DNA from: Bdellovibrionales bacterium | Lineage (GTDB): Bacteria; Bdellovibrionota; Bdellovibrionia; Bdellovibrionales; JAGQZY01 | Reading direction: 5' to 3' | Assembly (NCBI GenBank): GCA_031426555.1 | Contig: JANPLN010000065.1 | Span: 1 to 64,000, forward strand | DNA: 64,000 nt | Shown here: positions 37,399 through 48,749 of the stretch, one piece after another | How positions within the stretch are numbered: the first letter of the stretch is position 1 | Layout of the letters: every line of letters starts with the position of its first letter | Position numbers and translations under genes: made by a program | The notes under the pieces: model-generated | The model's input: the letters and a program-made list of their open reading frames with translations, nothing else | What the model was told of the DNA's origin: nothing | Database searches by the model: none

Positions 37399-37614
37399 GA
37401 AGGCGCCTTGTCCCGTGTCGTACTTTGTTTTTCCTCGGAAATAGCTCGGCAACGTGCCAAAAAATCTCTATTAAATAATGACTTATTATTTAATCTAGGA
37501 GTTTAAGTGGGCTACCGGAATTCTTTCTGGGAACGTCCAGTGTAGTATGCCTGTGCAATTTAAACTGCGCCCCTCCGGTTAGACAGTGCTCCAAATAGTT
37601 TTTGTACAGTGAAA

Positions 37615-38901
37615 TTATATGCCCGTAGAGTATTTTTTAAAATAGATTATGTCCGATGTTCGACAGAGGTTACCAGCTATTTTAATAATCCCGTTTTCCA
37701 TCCACTTAAAATTCTCTTCACCCAAGCCATTTAATAAACTAGAGCATGTATCGAATGCTTTCTGTGTTTTCTTTCCCAAATAGGATTCAACTGTATCGGT
37801 AAAGCTTTGAAACTTGCAAGGGATCTCTCTTTCGCAGAACGATGCTGAATGTGTTCCATTTTCAGTGAGCATCCAAACTATCAAAATATCATTCTTAAAA
37901 GAGTCATTTAGAAATGAGCCTAAAGATTTCCAGTTGGGGACCTCTATTTTTTTTCCATTTACCTCTAACACTCTGCTATATTCACTTTCAAATCTTGATA
38001 AATGAGCGTTGTGACCGAGTAGAATGACTTTATTCTCTTTTCTCTCAAGCAACTTAAGTGCATTTCTTAACATTGTTTGTTCGCGCTTTTTATAAGCAAT
38101 CAATAGTTGTTCCTGAGAGGGATTGTTGAGCGCTACAGCTAGAAAAGAAATGCTCTCATAGGACTGTTGCAGCACTTCAGAAAACTCTAGATGTTCACTT
38201 GGTGTAAAAATTTTCTTAGTAGGACATCTGCTTATCAGTTTATTAAATTTCTTTAGATTCGTGAGCTCATAGTCTAGGCGCCCCTCGCTAGTGCGTTGAA
38301 GCAGGTGGGCGATAGAGCTACATTCTCTTACTGACGATGCAGCTAGTTTCGGAATAAATAACTGTAGCCTATCAAAAACAATATCTGGAATTTTATCAAC
38401 GTCATAGCCAGAATAAAAAAAATTGTTTTTTAAGTAGACCTCTCTCAGGCTAGAGTAGAACCTGTAGTCGTTTTTTTTCATGCGCTTGCGGTACTCTGAC
38501 TGGAGATCGTCTTTCGGTAACAACATACCTTTGGGAGTTCTTATGGGCCAATTTGGATTTTTATAGCCGTTTTCGCCAATTAACGAGAGCAAACGCTCAT
38601 CACCTGTCGCTAAATAGTTTTGTACATTTTGCGAATCGAATAAACTTCGCTCATTGGCGACTATGTTGAAACCTTTTTTAGCTAAGTAATCAATTATTTC
38701 TATCTGGTAGGCCCCTTTTTCATTGATCCAGTGGTCAGGCTCCCCCAGTAACACAATGCGCTTTCCCTGTATTTGTTTATCGATTAAAGATTTGTCAGCT
38801 GCACGTAGAGTCGAATTATCCACCACAGGTTTTATAGATTTGCTGGCACAAGAAAGAAGTAAAAGAGAAAAAGCGCAATAAAAAAACACACGTTTTATCA
38901 T
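37615..38901 (-). CDS. Erythromycin esterase-like lipoprotein
   Basis: Lipobox LLSC; IVLLGEPDH, REQTM, VILLGHNAHL; AT-rich. Confidence 0.72.
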   Translation of the reverse strand: MIKRVFFYCAFSLLLLSCASKSIKPVVDNSTLRAADKSLIDKQIQGKRIVLLGEPDHWINEKGAYQIEIIDYLAKKGFNIVANERSLFDSQNVQNYLATGDERLLSLIGENGYKNPNWPIRTPKGMLLPKDDLQSEYRKRMKKNDYRFYSSLREVYLKNNFFYSGYDVDKIPDIVFDRLQLFIPKLAASSVRECSSIAHLLQRTSEGRLDYELTNLKKFNKLISRCPTKKIFTPSEHLEFSEVLQQSYESISFLAVALNNPSQEQLLIAYKKREQTMLRNALKLLERKENKVILLGHNAHLSRFESEYSRVLEVNGKKIEVPNWKSLGSFLNDSFKNDILIVWMLTENGTHSASFCEREIPCKFQSFTDTVESYLGKKTQKAFDTCSSLLNGLGEENFKWMENGIIKIAGNLCRTSDIIYFKKYSTGI

Positions 38902-39089
38902 GTTTAACAGTTAGCACCTTCTGATGAATTTACAAAGCTCGTTGTATCAAAACTAAATCTTTTAGAACACCTTGGCGGCAACTAGAACACTGGAAACCTA
39001 TCCAGACTCAATACGAAATAAGCCCACGCCGTCAGACCTCGCCCGTCTAAGAAATAAGTGCCACTCCCTACTAACTCCGGCGATGCGTA

Positions 39090-40283
39090 CTACTTCTCAA
39101 AATGATCGAGGACGATGGCGAGGGTCATGTCGCTGAGGACGTTGACGCAGGAGCGGAGGCGCGCCATCACCCAGTCTACGGCAAGTAATAACGGCAGTGC
39201 TTCCATGGGGAGTCCAAGGCTTGTAACCACCACCGTGAGGGAAATGAAGCCTGCTTCGGGCACGCCAGTGATTCCGACGGCGGCAACCACACAGGCTAGG
39301 GCTGCCGTGATCATCTGCCACATGTCCCAATGTAGGCCATGCAAGTGGGCAATAAAAAACACGGCCGAGGCTTCATACAAAACAATGCCGTCGTTATTTA
39401 GATTGGTGGCCACGCCAGCGCCGAGGGAGGCCGAGCTATCAGACACGCGCAGCTGTTTGAGAGCTTTCAGCGTTAGGGGCAGTGTTGCAAGGCTGGAATT
39501 AATTCCGAGAGCGTAAACCAGCGGGCGTTTGGCTTCTTGCCAAAAACGGCGAACAGGAATTTTCACTATCGCCACAATCCAAGTTCCGTAGACAAGAACG
39601 CATTGTAAGGCAAGAGCGCTCACAACCACCGCCACGTACATGGCGAGCTGTGAAAACACTTCGAAGCCGTATTGGGACACCGAACCTGCAATCACCAAAA
39701 ATACAGCCAGGGGAATAATTTTTAAGATCCACATAAGCATTTGTTCTAAAATGCTGCGCACGGCTTCGAAGCCAAAGGCAATTTTTTTAAGTGTTTCTGG
39801 CTGTTCACGAAAGGCTTGGCGGGCGGCTAGGCCAATTAACAAAGAGAGCAACGCTATCAACAGAATTTCATTTTTTACCAGTGGAGAAAACAAACTTTCG
39901 GGGCTGAGGGTTTGCACCCAGCCATCCGCGCTTAAAGTGGCAGCGGGTTTTTCGGAACGGCTCTCCACAGGAATAGGGATAGAGACGTCAGTTAAAAACA
40001 CCTTGGTCATGGTGATTCCGATAAGGAGTGCGAAACTGGTATTCAATAGAGCGATGCCGACGAGTTTTAGACCTGACGACCATTTAGCTTGAATATGTAG
40101 CAGCGAAAGCACCACCGAAAAAAACAAAAAAGGCCCAGCTATTAAACGAACCCAGTGCAAAATCATTTTTGCAAGCTTGGTAAATATCGCCATGTGTTCG
40201 CCCGGAGCTAACACGCCCACCACTATACCCAAAAGGACGGCCAAAAAAATTTGCAAGGCAATGGAGTTTTTAAGTGTTTTCAT
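39090..40283 (-). CDS. Dicarboxylate/amino acid:cation symporter
   Basis: SSLATLP, NLNNDG, GITGVP, VDWVMARLRSCVNVLSD. Confidence 0.92.
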   Translation of the reverse strand: MKTLKNSIALQIFLAVLLGIVVGVLAPGEHMAIFTKLAKMILHWVRLIAGPFLFFSVVLSLLHIQAKWSSGLKLVGIALLNTSFALLIGITMTKVFLTDVSIPIPVESRSEKPAATLSADGWVQTLSPESLFSPLVKNEILLIALLSLLIGLAARQAFREQPETLKKIAFGFEAVRSILEQMLMWILKIIPLAVFLVIAGSVSQYGFEVFSQLAMYVAVVVSALALQCVLVYGTWIVAIVKIPVRRFWQEAKRPLVYALGINSSLATLPLTLKALKQLRVSDSSASLGAGVATNLNNDGIVLYEASAVFFIAHLHGLHWDMWQMITAALACVVAAVGITGVPEAGFISLTVVVTSLGLPMEALPLLLAVDWVMARLRSCVNVLSDMTLAIVLDHFEK

Positions 40284-40421
40284 ACATGAGAAGATAGCAG
40301 TAAAGCCACAAACTTCCTAATTGAAATTTGCTAGTGACTATGACGGCTGTCATGGTTTTTAAAGAAATTGTGTGTTTTTATAGATAATAAGGAGTAGCGT
40401 ATACAAAATCGTCTTCGAGAG

Positions 40422-41576
40422 GTGTTTATGCATAAATGTTTTTACTTTGTTGCCGTATTAATTTTAGCGTCCTGCCAAAATGCAAAAAAAACCGAGGGCG
40501 ATACCTCTTGGCCTTTAGAGATGCAACATTTGGCTCAGTCCTTCGAAGAGCTCATTCCCTATGTCTACAGCGAAAATAAATTTCAAAATCCCATCAACAA
40601 ACAAGAAATTCAAAAAAAGATCGAAAACTTTCGTGCGAACATTCATCAAATTTCTCCCGAGAAAGCCAAACAGTTGTACGGCGCCGACCCTCTGATGATT
40701 AAAGGCCTCGAAAATCTAAAGGAGATTTCATCGCGCTCCCTGTCCTACTTTGAATTGGGAAAAACAACCTACGCGCAAAACCTTTTAAAACAATCTGCCA
40801 AATACTGCTTTCAGTGCCACACACGAATTCCGGCGGGGCCCCAGCACATGTTTTGGAATAAATTTAGCATCGAAAATTATCAACTTGAGCCCTATGAGAA
40901 AGCGCAAATTTACGTGGCCATGCGCCAATACGATAAAGCAAAGACCGCATTGGCTCAGTTCGTGAACGATTCTGGCAAGCAAGACAACCTGACGCTTCTT
41001 CGCGAACAAGATATTAAGTACTATTTGCTCATTTCGATTCGTGGCCAATCGCAATTCGAGGAGGCCAACCTGTTTATTTCGCAACAAGCAAAAAACCAAA
41101 ACCTGTCCAAGTATTTTAAGGAAAATCTGCAAACCTGGAAAAAGGATCTTACTTACTGGGCAAAAAACTTTACTTCGGTTCCGCACAACCTCCAAGGTGC
41201 TAAAAAAGCCTTGGGCATCAAAAAGAATTCCTTCGAGATCAACGAACCGCAGTTTGTAAAAGCCATCGTGGCAGCGCTTATGATTCACGAAGGTCTCTCG
41301 CAGGAAACAGATGTCGCCGTCATTGCCGAAAGTTATTATGTGCTAGGACGCATTTACGAATATTTCACTGTAGGTGGATTCTGGGATCTATCGGATTTTT
41401 ATTACGAGATCTGTGTGGACACCCTTCCGCACTCCGAAGTGGCCTTGCGCTGTGTGAACCGTTTGAACGAAAGCTTGATTATCAAAAACAGCGGATCGCA
41501 CGGATTAATTTTGCCTGAAGTGGAAGTTCAAAGACTCAACGACTTAAAAAAACGCGCAAAGCCCACTAAAAAGTAG
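40422..41576 (+). CDS. Lipoprotein with one CxxCH heme motif and TPR-like helices
   Basis: Lipobox LASC; CFQCH. Confidence 0.75.
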   Translation: MFMHKCFYFVAVLILASCQNAKKTEGDTSWPLEMQHLAQSFEELIPYVYSENKFQNPINKQEIQKKIENFRANIHQISPEKAKQLYGADPLMIKGLENLKEISSRSLSYFELGKTTYAQNLLKQSAKYCFQCHTRIPAGPQHMFWNKFSIENYQLEPYEKAQIYVAMRQYDKAKTALAQFVNDSGKQDNLTLLREQDIKYYLLISIRGQSQFEEANLFISQQAKNQNLSKYFKENLQTWKKDLTYWAKNFTSVPHNLQGAKKALGIKKNSFEINEPQFVKAIVAALMIHEGLSQETDVAVIAESYYVLGRIYEYFTVGGFWDLSDFYYEICVDTLPHSEVALRCVNRLNESLIIKNSGSHGLILPEVEVQRLNDLKKRAKPTKK

Positions 41577-41594
41577 TGCTGCCATTAAAGAGTA

Positions 41595-42332
41595 TTAGTT
41601 CAGTTCGACATAGCGGGCGATGCCGATTTCGTTGTTGTTAACCAGCGGGTGGTACGACGACACAACGCCGACCACTTCGCCCTTGGCGTTCACTACGGGA
41701 GCGCCGCTAAAGGCCTGACTAACGATGATGGTCGTTGTTGTAACTGGCTCGTCTGTGGGTCTCTCTCCCGAAGCGCGAAGTTGTGAAGCACCATGAGAAA
41801 AGGTGAGAGCTTGAGAGTCTTGATAAAATCCAACGGCAGTAATTGGTTCTGCTTTTGACTGCGACGACTTCTGTAACGGAACAACTCCCGACAAAACCGC
41901 TTCGTCTTTGATTTCTAAAAACAAAAGGTCAGAAGTGGGATCACGAAGTGCGATTTTTGCTGTGACGGTAATTTCTTTCAGTTTGGTGGCGTCCTCGACC
42001 AAGCCGATGGTGATTTCGCAAGTACCGGTTTGAACACAGGCATTTTGATCCAAAGTATGGAGAGCTGTAACGAGAAGGTTGCGATTTTTGAAAAAGAATC
42101 CTGTACCATAAGAATCCTGGCCTGCTAGATTTTTTACTCGCAAGCGCACAAGGCTTTGTTTTAGATGTTTTTGCGTGCGCGAGGCTTGGTTGAGATTTTG
42201 GATTTGCGAAGTTTGTACCGTCACAGACTGCACGCCGCTTGAGGAGTTACCCGCAACCTTAGGTGCATGGTTGCACGAAGTGATCCCCGCGCAATAAATT
42301 GCGAAAAATAATGGCCATAATTGGCGGAGCAT
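41595..42332 (-). CDS. Trypsin-like serine protease, lipoprotein
   Basis: GTGFF, TALH, DLLFL, FSGAPVVN. Confidence 0.82.
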   Translation of the reverse strand: MLRQLWPLFFAIYCAGITSCNHAPKVAGNSSSGVQSVTVQTSQIQNLNQASRTQKHLKQSLVRLRVKNLAGQDSYGTGFFFKNRNLLVTALHTLDQNACVQTGTCEITIGLVEDATKLKEITVTAKIALRDPTSDLLFLEIKDEAVLSGVVPLQKSSQSKAEPITAVGFYQDSQALTFSHGASQLRASGERPTDEPVTTTTIIVSQAFSGAPVVNAKGEVVGVVSSYHPLVNNNEIGIARYVELN

Positions 42333-42506
42333 ACGTACAACCTCTCATTAAGGGTCCCACGCCTGATTTGCAAGATCAGCTCCACAAGTGTGATTCCTTG
42401 GTAAAATGTAAACCCTTGAATTCACATCGATATTTAGCACACCTCGTCGTAATCTTTGATCGGCGGTGACTCATTGGGGCTTTATTCAGTAGGATAAAGC
42501 TGAAAA

Positions 42507-44015
42507 ATGACACTTAAAAACCTTCTCACATTCTTTGGTAAAATCGATTGGCAACAAATGTCTCCTGATTTTGTGGTGCAAGGGGTGACTTCAGACTCGC
42601 GCAAGTCAGGTGTGGGATTTATTTTTGTAGCCGTGAAAGGCGTTAACAGCGATGGCCATGATTATTTGCAAAAGGCCATCGACCAAGGAGCCTGCGCTGT
42701 GGTTGTGGAGTCCACGCAAAACATTCCAGCAAGCTACAAAGGAGCCGTAGTACAGGTGCTCGATTCAGCACTGGCATACGCCTCGGTGCTGTCTGAGTTT
42801 TACTCCCATCCCGAGGACAAATTAATTTCTGTGGGTATCACCGGTACCAATGGAAAAACGAGCTCGAGTTATTTGATCGAGCAGATTCTAAATTTCGCGC
42901 ACGTTCCTTGCGGTGTGATGGGAACCATCGATCATCATTTACAAAAAAACGTTTGGAAAAGCTCCCTCACCACGCCGGATGCTGCTACATTTTATCAGCG
43001 ACTTCAGGATTTTATTGCGTTGGGTGCAAAAGCGTATGTTATGGAAGTGTCCAGTCACAGCCTCAAACAAAAACGCGTCCCCACACGTTTTGATGTGACC
43101 CTTTTTACTAACTTTACTCGCGATCATTTGGATTACCATGCGACCATGGACGATTATTTTGAGAGCAAACAAAAACTGTTCACCGAGCATCTCAAACATG
43201 AGGGCGACGTGTTTGCCATTTTAAATGCCGATGATGACAAGGTTAAAAACGTGCGCGTGGATCGTCGCGCGCAAATCTTCACCTTTGGACAAGCCGCAGA
43301 TTGTGATTTCCATTACCGAATAACCGAAACTACAGTGGATGGAATGGAATTTGAGGTCGTCGAAAAAAGATCGGCCGAAAAAATGTTGACCTATAAGTAC
43401 CAAACTTCCATGATCGGCGCGCACAATGTGGCCAACTGTGTAGGGGCCATCGCTGTGGCCCGTTGCCTGGGAGTGAGCCACGAAATTTGCCAACTCGCTA
43501 TTAAGCAATTCACGGGTGTGCCTGGGCGTTTACAGCGTGTTCCAAATAAACACCGCCGACATGTGTTTGTGGATTACGCCCATACTCCCGATGCGCTGGA
43601 AAAGGTTTTGCAAGCGGTTCTAAAAATCAAATCTCCCAACGCTCAGCTCATTTCTATTTTTGGTTGCGGAGGGGATCGCGATCAAGGCAAACGCCCCCTG
43701 ATGATGCAAATGGCGCAAAAATATTCTTCGCACACTGTGGTCACTTCGGACAATCCGCGATCGGAAGACCCGCAACACATCATCGATCAAATCTTAGCTG
43801 GCGGAGTTGTTGGTAAAAATTCAAACGCAAAATATATGACTACAGAAATAGACCGCGAAGAGGCTTTTCGCAAAGCCTTGGCACTGAGCAAGCCCGAAGA
43901 TGTCATCGTGGTGGCGGGCAAGGGTCACGAAAACTATCAAATTATTGGAGCGACAACTTTGCCATTTAGTGATTTCGAAAAAATGCAGGCGTTGTTACAG
44001 AAGGATACATTATGA
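42507..44015 (+). CDS. murE: UDP-MurNAc-tripeptide synthetase
   Basis: GTNGKTS, EVSSH, DYAHTPD, DNPR (meso-DAP motif), GKGHE. Confidence 0.96.
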   Translation: MTLKNLLTFFGKIDWQQMSPDFVVQGVTSDSRKSGVGFIFVAVKGVNSDGHDYLQKAIDQGACAVVVESTQNIPASYKGAVVQVLDSALAYASVLSEFYSHPEDKLISVGITGTNGKTSSSYLIEQILNFAHVPCGVMGTIDHHLQKNVWKSSLTTPDAATFYQRLQDFIALGAKAYVMEVSSHSLKQKRVPTRFDVTLFTNFTRDHLDYHATMDDYFESKQKLFTEHLKHEGDVFAILNADDDKVKNVRVDRRAQIFTFGQAADCDFHYRITETTVDGMEFEVVEKRSAEKMLTYKYQTSMIGAHNVANCVGAIAVARCLGVSHEICQLAIKQFTGVPGRLQRVPNKHRRHVFVDYAHTPDALEKVLQAVLKIKSPNAQLISIFGCGGDRDQGKRPLMMQMAQKYSSHTVVTSDNPRSEDPQHIIDQILAGGVVGKNSNAKYMTTEIDREEAFRKALALSKPEDVIVVAGKGHENYQIIGATTLPFSDFEKMQALLQKDTL

Positions 44016-45430
44016 GTTTCAGTTTAGACGATCTGGTACGTGGAACCGGCGGAAAACTTCGCAGTCAGCACGGCACGGAGTATTCCGAAGTGGTTACAGA
44101 CTCGCGCAAAGATGTGCGCGGAAAAATTTTTATCGCACTGAAAGGCGAAACCCACGACGGACACCAGTTTGTGCGAATGGCCGTTGAAAACGGCGCCAGC
44201 GCCATTATCTCTCACGAGTGGATGGCGGACTATGCGCCACTTCTCACAAAAACAACGTGGATCCATGTGGACGACACCTTAAAGGCTTTGCAAAATCTGG
44301 CGAACCACTGGCGCCAGACGTGGGGTGATCAGAGGGACAAGACGGTGGTCGCGGTCACCGGTAGCAACGGAAAAACCACGGTCAAAGATTTTACCACCAC
44401 ACTTCTCGAGGGACAGTTTCGCACTCTAAAAAATGAGGGAAGCTTTAACAACCACTGGGGCCTGCCGTTGACACTTCTAAAGTTAAAACCCGACCACGAA
44501 GTTGCAATGCTTGAGATGGGAATGAATCACGCGGGAGAAATTGCCGAACTCTGCCGTATTGCCCAACCCAACATTGTCGCGGTGAACAACGTGGGTCGCG
44601 CGCACATCGAACACTTCGGCAGCATTGACGGTATCGCCAAAGCCAAAGAGGAAATCTATCAGGATCTGCCATCCACAACCAAAGCGGCCTTCAATTTGGC
44701 AGACCCGCGCACAGCTGACATGCACGCGCGTCTTAAAGAAAATTTCGCCCGCACCATCACCTTTGGGACTCCCCAGGCGGATGTGCACTTTCAACTCGTC
44801 TCCAGCGAAACCGGTGGTTTAAAAATCCATTGCCGACTTTTTAAATATGAACAAACAGTCATGGTGCCGTTGTTTGGCGAACAAAACGTCAGCAACCTCA
44901 TGACTGCCAGCAGTTTGGCTTTGCTTGCCGACGTAAAAGTAGAAGTGATCTTTGCGCAGCTGGAAAAATGTCAAACCGGTTGGGGCCGCAACCAGTGGGT
45001 GATGTTGCAGTCGGGCGCTCAAGCACTGTTCGACGGCTACAATGCTAACCCCGATAGTTTTGCGGCGCTGATAAAAAATCTTCCCTCGGTGGTGAAGCCC
45101 GAGCAAAAAGTCATCGGCGTATTTAGCGAAATGCGCGAGCTCGGAGAGCAGGCGCCGGCGGAGCATTTTGAGCTTGGAAAACAGGTGGCCCTATCGCCAG
45201 TGAGCGACTGTTACTTTATGGGCGCCTCTCAGGCCCATTTTAAGGCCGGTTTCGAATCCGCAAAAACTGGAAAAACTCTCAATATTACAGATACTTACGA
45301 AGAAACTCTTGCATTAAAAATAAAAAGTATGCTAAATAATAAAACTTTGGTGGTTATAAAGGGATCGCGAGGCGGCGCACTCGAACGAGTGCTGGTTGGT
45401 CTTGAACCCAAAAATTTTACAACAAAGTAA
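44012..45430 (+). CDS. murF: UDP-MurNAc-pentapeptide synthetase
   Basis: [28 protein letters not shown]. Confidence 0.95.
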   Translation: MSFSLDDLVRGTGGKLRSQHGTEYSEVVTDSRKDVRGKIFIALKGETHDGHQFVRMAVENGASAIISHEWMADYAPLLTKTTWIHVDDTLKALQNLANHWRQTWGDQRDKTVVAVTGSNGKTTVKDFTTTLLEGQFRTLKNEGSFNNHWGLPLTLLKLKPDHEVAMLEMGMNHAGEIAELCRIAQPNIVAVNNVGRAHIEHFGSIDGIAKAKEEIYQDLPSTTKAAFNLADPRTADMHARLKENFARTITFGTPQADVHFQLVSSETGGLKIHCRLFKYEQTVMVPLFGEQNVSNLMTASSLALLADVKVEVIFAQLEKCQTGWGRNQWVMLQSGAQALFDGYNANPDSFAALIKNLPSVVKPEQKVIGVFSEMRELGEQAPAEHFELGKQVALSPVSDCYFMGASQAHFKAGFESAKTGKTLNITDTYEETLALKIKSMLNNKTLVVIKGSRGGALERVLVGLEPKNFTTK

Positions 45431-45438
45431 GACAAAAC

Positions 45439-46515
45439 ATGCTTTATCAGTGGTTATATTCTTTTTCGGATCAGGTTTCTTTTTTCAACATTTTTCGCTA
45501 CATCACCTTCCGTGCGTTTGTAGCGTTTTTCTCCTCCTTCTTTTTGTGTTTGCTGTGGGGACCTTATTTTATTCAGAGCATGCAGCGTTTGCAAATGGGT
45601 CAAGCCATCCGCAACGATGGTCCCCAGTCCCACCACAAAAAAGCGGGAACACCCACCATGGGCGGTGGACTGATTCTTTTAAGTCTGCTGATTCCTTCGA
45701 TGATGTGGCTCGATCTTACTAATCCGTTAGTTATTGGCACTTTGGTAGTCACTTTGGGATTTGGTCTTGTGGGCTACGCTGATGATTACTTAAAAGTGAG
45801 CAAAAAAAATAGCAAAGGCCTTTCTGGAAAACTTCGATTGGCATTGGAATATGCGTTGGCGGGCTTAGTGCTTGCCGTTTTGATCGGGTACTTTCAATTT
45901 TCAACAGTTGTTCCCATACCGTTTTTTAAAGGCCTACAGATTGATCTCGGGTGGTACTATATTTTATTCGGTTCCACGGTCATCGTTGGAGCTGCCAATG
46001 CCGTAAATCTCACGGACGGTTTGGATGGACTTGCCATTGTGCCGGTGATCATCGCCTCGGGCACGCTGGCCATTTTTGCCTATGTTTCTGGCCACTCTCA
46101 GATTGCGCACTACTTGCAAATTCCATTTATCCATCAAGCTGCAGAGCTCACACCCATCGCCACGATGATGATGGCCGCGGGGCTTGGCTTTTTGTGGTTT
46201 AACGCTTACCCGGCGCAAGTCTTTATGGGCGACGTGGGAAGTTTAAGTATCGGCGGATTTTTAGGAGTGATGGCTGTCTTTACACACAACGAACTTTTGC
46301 TGGCTATTTTAGGCGGTGTGTTTGTTGTCGAAGCGGTGTCGGTGATTATGCAGGTGGCTTCGTTTAAGCTCACAGGCAAGCGCGTGTTTCGTATGGCCCC
46401 CATTCATCATCATTTTGAATTAAAGGGGCTCGATGAAACTAAGATCATCGCCCGGTTTTGGATTGTTGCGATTCTATTGGCAGTTTTGTGTTTAAGTACT
46501 TTAAAGTTGAGGTAA
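45439..46515 (+). CDS. mraY: Phospho-MurNAc-pentapeptide translocase
   Basis: [30 protein letters not shown]. Confidence 0.97.
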   Translation: MLYQWLYSFSDQVSFFNIFRYITFRAFVAFFSSFFLCLLWGPYFIQSMQRLQMGQAIRNDGPQSHHKKAGTPTMGGGLILLSLLIPSMMWLDLTNPLVIGTLVVTLGFGLVGYADDYLKVSKKNSKGLSGKLRLALEYALAGLVLAVLIGYFQFSTVVPIPFFKGLQIDLGWYYILFGSTVIVGAANAVNLTDGLDGLAIVPVIIASGTLAIFAYVSGHSQIAHYLQIPFIHQAAELTPIATMMMAAGLGFLWFNAYPAQVFMGDVGSLSIGGFLGVMAVFTHNELLLAILGGVFVVEAVSVIMQVASFKLTGKRVFRMAPIHHHFELKGLDETKIIARFWIVAILLAVLCLSTLKLR

Positions 46516-46519
46516 AACG

Positions 46520-47908
46520 ATGTTTAGTGAAGTTTCAGAGTTAAAAGATAAAAAAATCATGGTGATCGGTCTCGCAAAGTCAGGCGTTTCTCTGGTGCGC
46601 TTCCTTGTGGAAAAAGGCGCCAAAGTGACCGTGTCGGATCACAAATCAAAAGCTGAGCTTTCAAATTCCCTAGAGCAAATTGAAAGTCTGCAATTGGAAT
46701 ACGATCTCGGTGGACACACGCCGAAAAAATTTATCGAACAGGATTTAATCATCTTAAGTCCCGGAGTTTCTCCGCAGCTCAAAATCTTTGATTACGCTCG
46801 CCACAACGGTGTAAAAGTGACCGGAGAGTTCGAATTCGCCAACTGGTTTATCAAAGAGCCCGTCATTGCCATCACAGGAACCAACGGCAAGACCACAACC
46901 ACGTACCTGATGCACAAAATGCTTAAGGAGTCGGGTGTGGATGCCTGGATCGGTGGTAACTACGGCGCCCCGGTCATCGAGTACGTGGCCTCTGGCAAAA
47001 AAGCTCAGGTGCTGGTGCTTGAAGTGTCGAGCTTTCAGCTCGAGCATTGCGAAAAATTTAATCCTAAAAACGTGGTGTTTACAAACTTGGCCGAAAACCA
47101 TTTGGATCGCTATAAATCCATGGAAGATTACATCAACGCTAAACGACGCATATTTGCCAACACCAATCCAACCACAACCAGCATTCTCAATGCCGATGAC
47201 AACGCAGTGATCGAGCTTGCGCGGGATCCAGCGGTTCAGCGCGGTCGTATTTTTTACTTCTCACGCAAGGCCGCCCTCGAGCCACAAATTATGAACATCG
47301 GTGGGATTGTAAATATTAAAGACGAACTCCGAGTTCGCACCGGACCCGACATTGAATCTCTTAGTATTAAGGGCATGCGCGCTCGCGGGAAACATTCCAT
47401 CGAAAATATGATGGCTGCTATTCTTGCGGCCCGCGAGCACGGAGCTACCAGCGAAGCCATCATTAGCGTGATCAACAGCTTTAAGGGTATTCCTCACCGG
47501 CTCGAATACGTTCGACGCGTGGGCGGCGTGGAGTTATTTAACGACTCTAAGGCCACGAACGTTCACTCGGTAAAGCGAGCTCTCGATGCTTTTGAAGAAA
47601 ACGTGATTTTAATCATGGGCGGAAAAGATACCAACCTCAGCTACGAATCTCTGCGTGATATGGTTCGCAAAAAAGTAAAGTCGTTGATTCTTGTGGGCGA
47701 GGCCAAAGAGCGCATCAACCGCGATATTGGCGACTTTTGCGAAACCTATTTGATCGGAACCTTCGAAGAAGCGGTGCTGATCGCGTATCAAAAGTCGCGA
47801 ATCGGTGACACTGTACTTCTCTCTCCCGGCTGCTCAAGCTTTGATATGTTTGATAGCTACGTGGAGCGCGGAAATTACTACAAAGACATCGTAACGAGTT
47901 TTAAGTAA
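46520..47908 (+). CDS. murD: UDP-MurNAc-L-Ala:D-Glu ligase
   Basis: SPGV, GTNGKTT, EVSSFQL, NDSKATN, LSPGCSSFDMF. Confidence 0.96.
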   Translation: MFSEVSELKDKKIMVIGLAKSGVSLVRFLVEKGAKVTVSDHKSKAELSNSLEQIESLQLEYDLGGHTPKKFIEQDLIILSPGVSPQLKIFDYARHNGVKVTGEFEFANWFIKEPVIAITGTNGKTTTTYLMHKMLKESGVDAWIGGNYGAPVIEYVASGKKAQVLVLEVSSFQLEHCEKFNPKNVVFTNLAENHLDRYKSMEDYINAKRRIFANTNPTTTSILNADDNAVIELARDPAVQRGRIFYFSRKAALEPQIMNIGGIVNIKDELRVRTGPDIESLSIKGMRARGKHSIENMMAAILAAREHGATSEAIISVINSFKGIPHRLEYVRRVGGVELFNDSKATNVHSVKRALDAFEENVILIMGGKDTNLSYESLRDMVRKKVKSLILVGEAKERINRDIGDFCETYLIGTFEEAVLIAYQKSRIGDTVLLSPGCSSFDMFDSYVERGNYYKDIVTSFK

Positions 47909-47929
47909 TAAACTTTAAGTTATCAGGGA

Positions 47930-48673
47930 GTGGGCATGTTTAAATCATTGGTCTTTTTATTGGGTTTATTAGGCTTATTTTTTACAGTGGCTTGCGCCTC
48001 AACTCACCCGGGCACAATCTCTGAGTCGAAAGAAAAAACAGTGACTGTGAGTGTTTTAAAAAACTTGGATCTTTCCGATAAGTATTACTATTTTTATGAG
48101 TACACCATCGAAAACATGACCGCTGAGTGGAAAGACATTCAAATTAAGAATACTTACTTTGAAGGGCAAGAAACCGAGATTTTAACCGACGACAAACTGG
48201 CTTCTTGGATAGAGGGCGCTGAGCTCAAACTAAAAACAGCCAATTACAACCGAGATTTATTGTTGGGTTCCATCGTGGCAGTGGGCGGGGTTGCCGCCAT
48301 GACTTCGAGTAATTCCAATGTACAGGTCGCCGGTGCCGGTGCCGCTGTTGGCGCCGTGGTGGCGTCGGGGGCCATCGACCTTTCGCGGGCAAAGCAACAA
48401 GCCGTGACGGGGACAAAGGGACTTAACCAAACGGTGAACGTTTCGCAAAGCCATGTTCTGGTGCCATCAAAGATTGCCCCGGAATCCTATATCAAGCGGT
48501 GGGTTGTTGTCCGCGCTCCAGCGGGTAAGGTTCAGGGCAAGGATCAAGGGGCCATAAAATTTAGTTCCAGTTACTTTAACAGCCAAAAGTTGATCACCAC
48601 GGCTATCTTGGATAGCACTAAAGAGGTGAGTTTTAACACCCAGGTGCAAACCAGCGCCTTTTACGAAAACTAA
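47930..48673 (+). CDS. Hypothetical lipoprotein
   Basis: Lipobox TVAC; internal Gly/Ala-rich hydrophobic hairpin. Confidence 0.7.
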   Translation: MGMFKSLVFLLGLLGLFFTVACASTHPGTISESKEKTVTVSVLKNLDLSDKYYYFYEYTIENMTAEWKDIQIKNTYFEGQETEILTDDKLASWIEGAELKLKTANYNRDLLLGSIVAVGGVAAMTSSNSNVQVAGAGAAVGAVVASGAIDLSRAKQQAVTGTKGLNQTVNVSQSHVLVPSKIAPESYIKRWVVVRAPAGKVQGKDQGAIKFSSSYFNSQKLITTAILDSTKEVSFNTQVQTSAFYEN

Positions 48674-48749
48674 ATTTTTTTCACACTCCTTCATTTGCGT
48701 GGAAGTTTTTAAGCCTCTGTGAGACTTATGACGCCACACAACATAAGGA

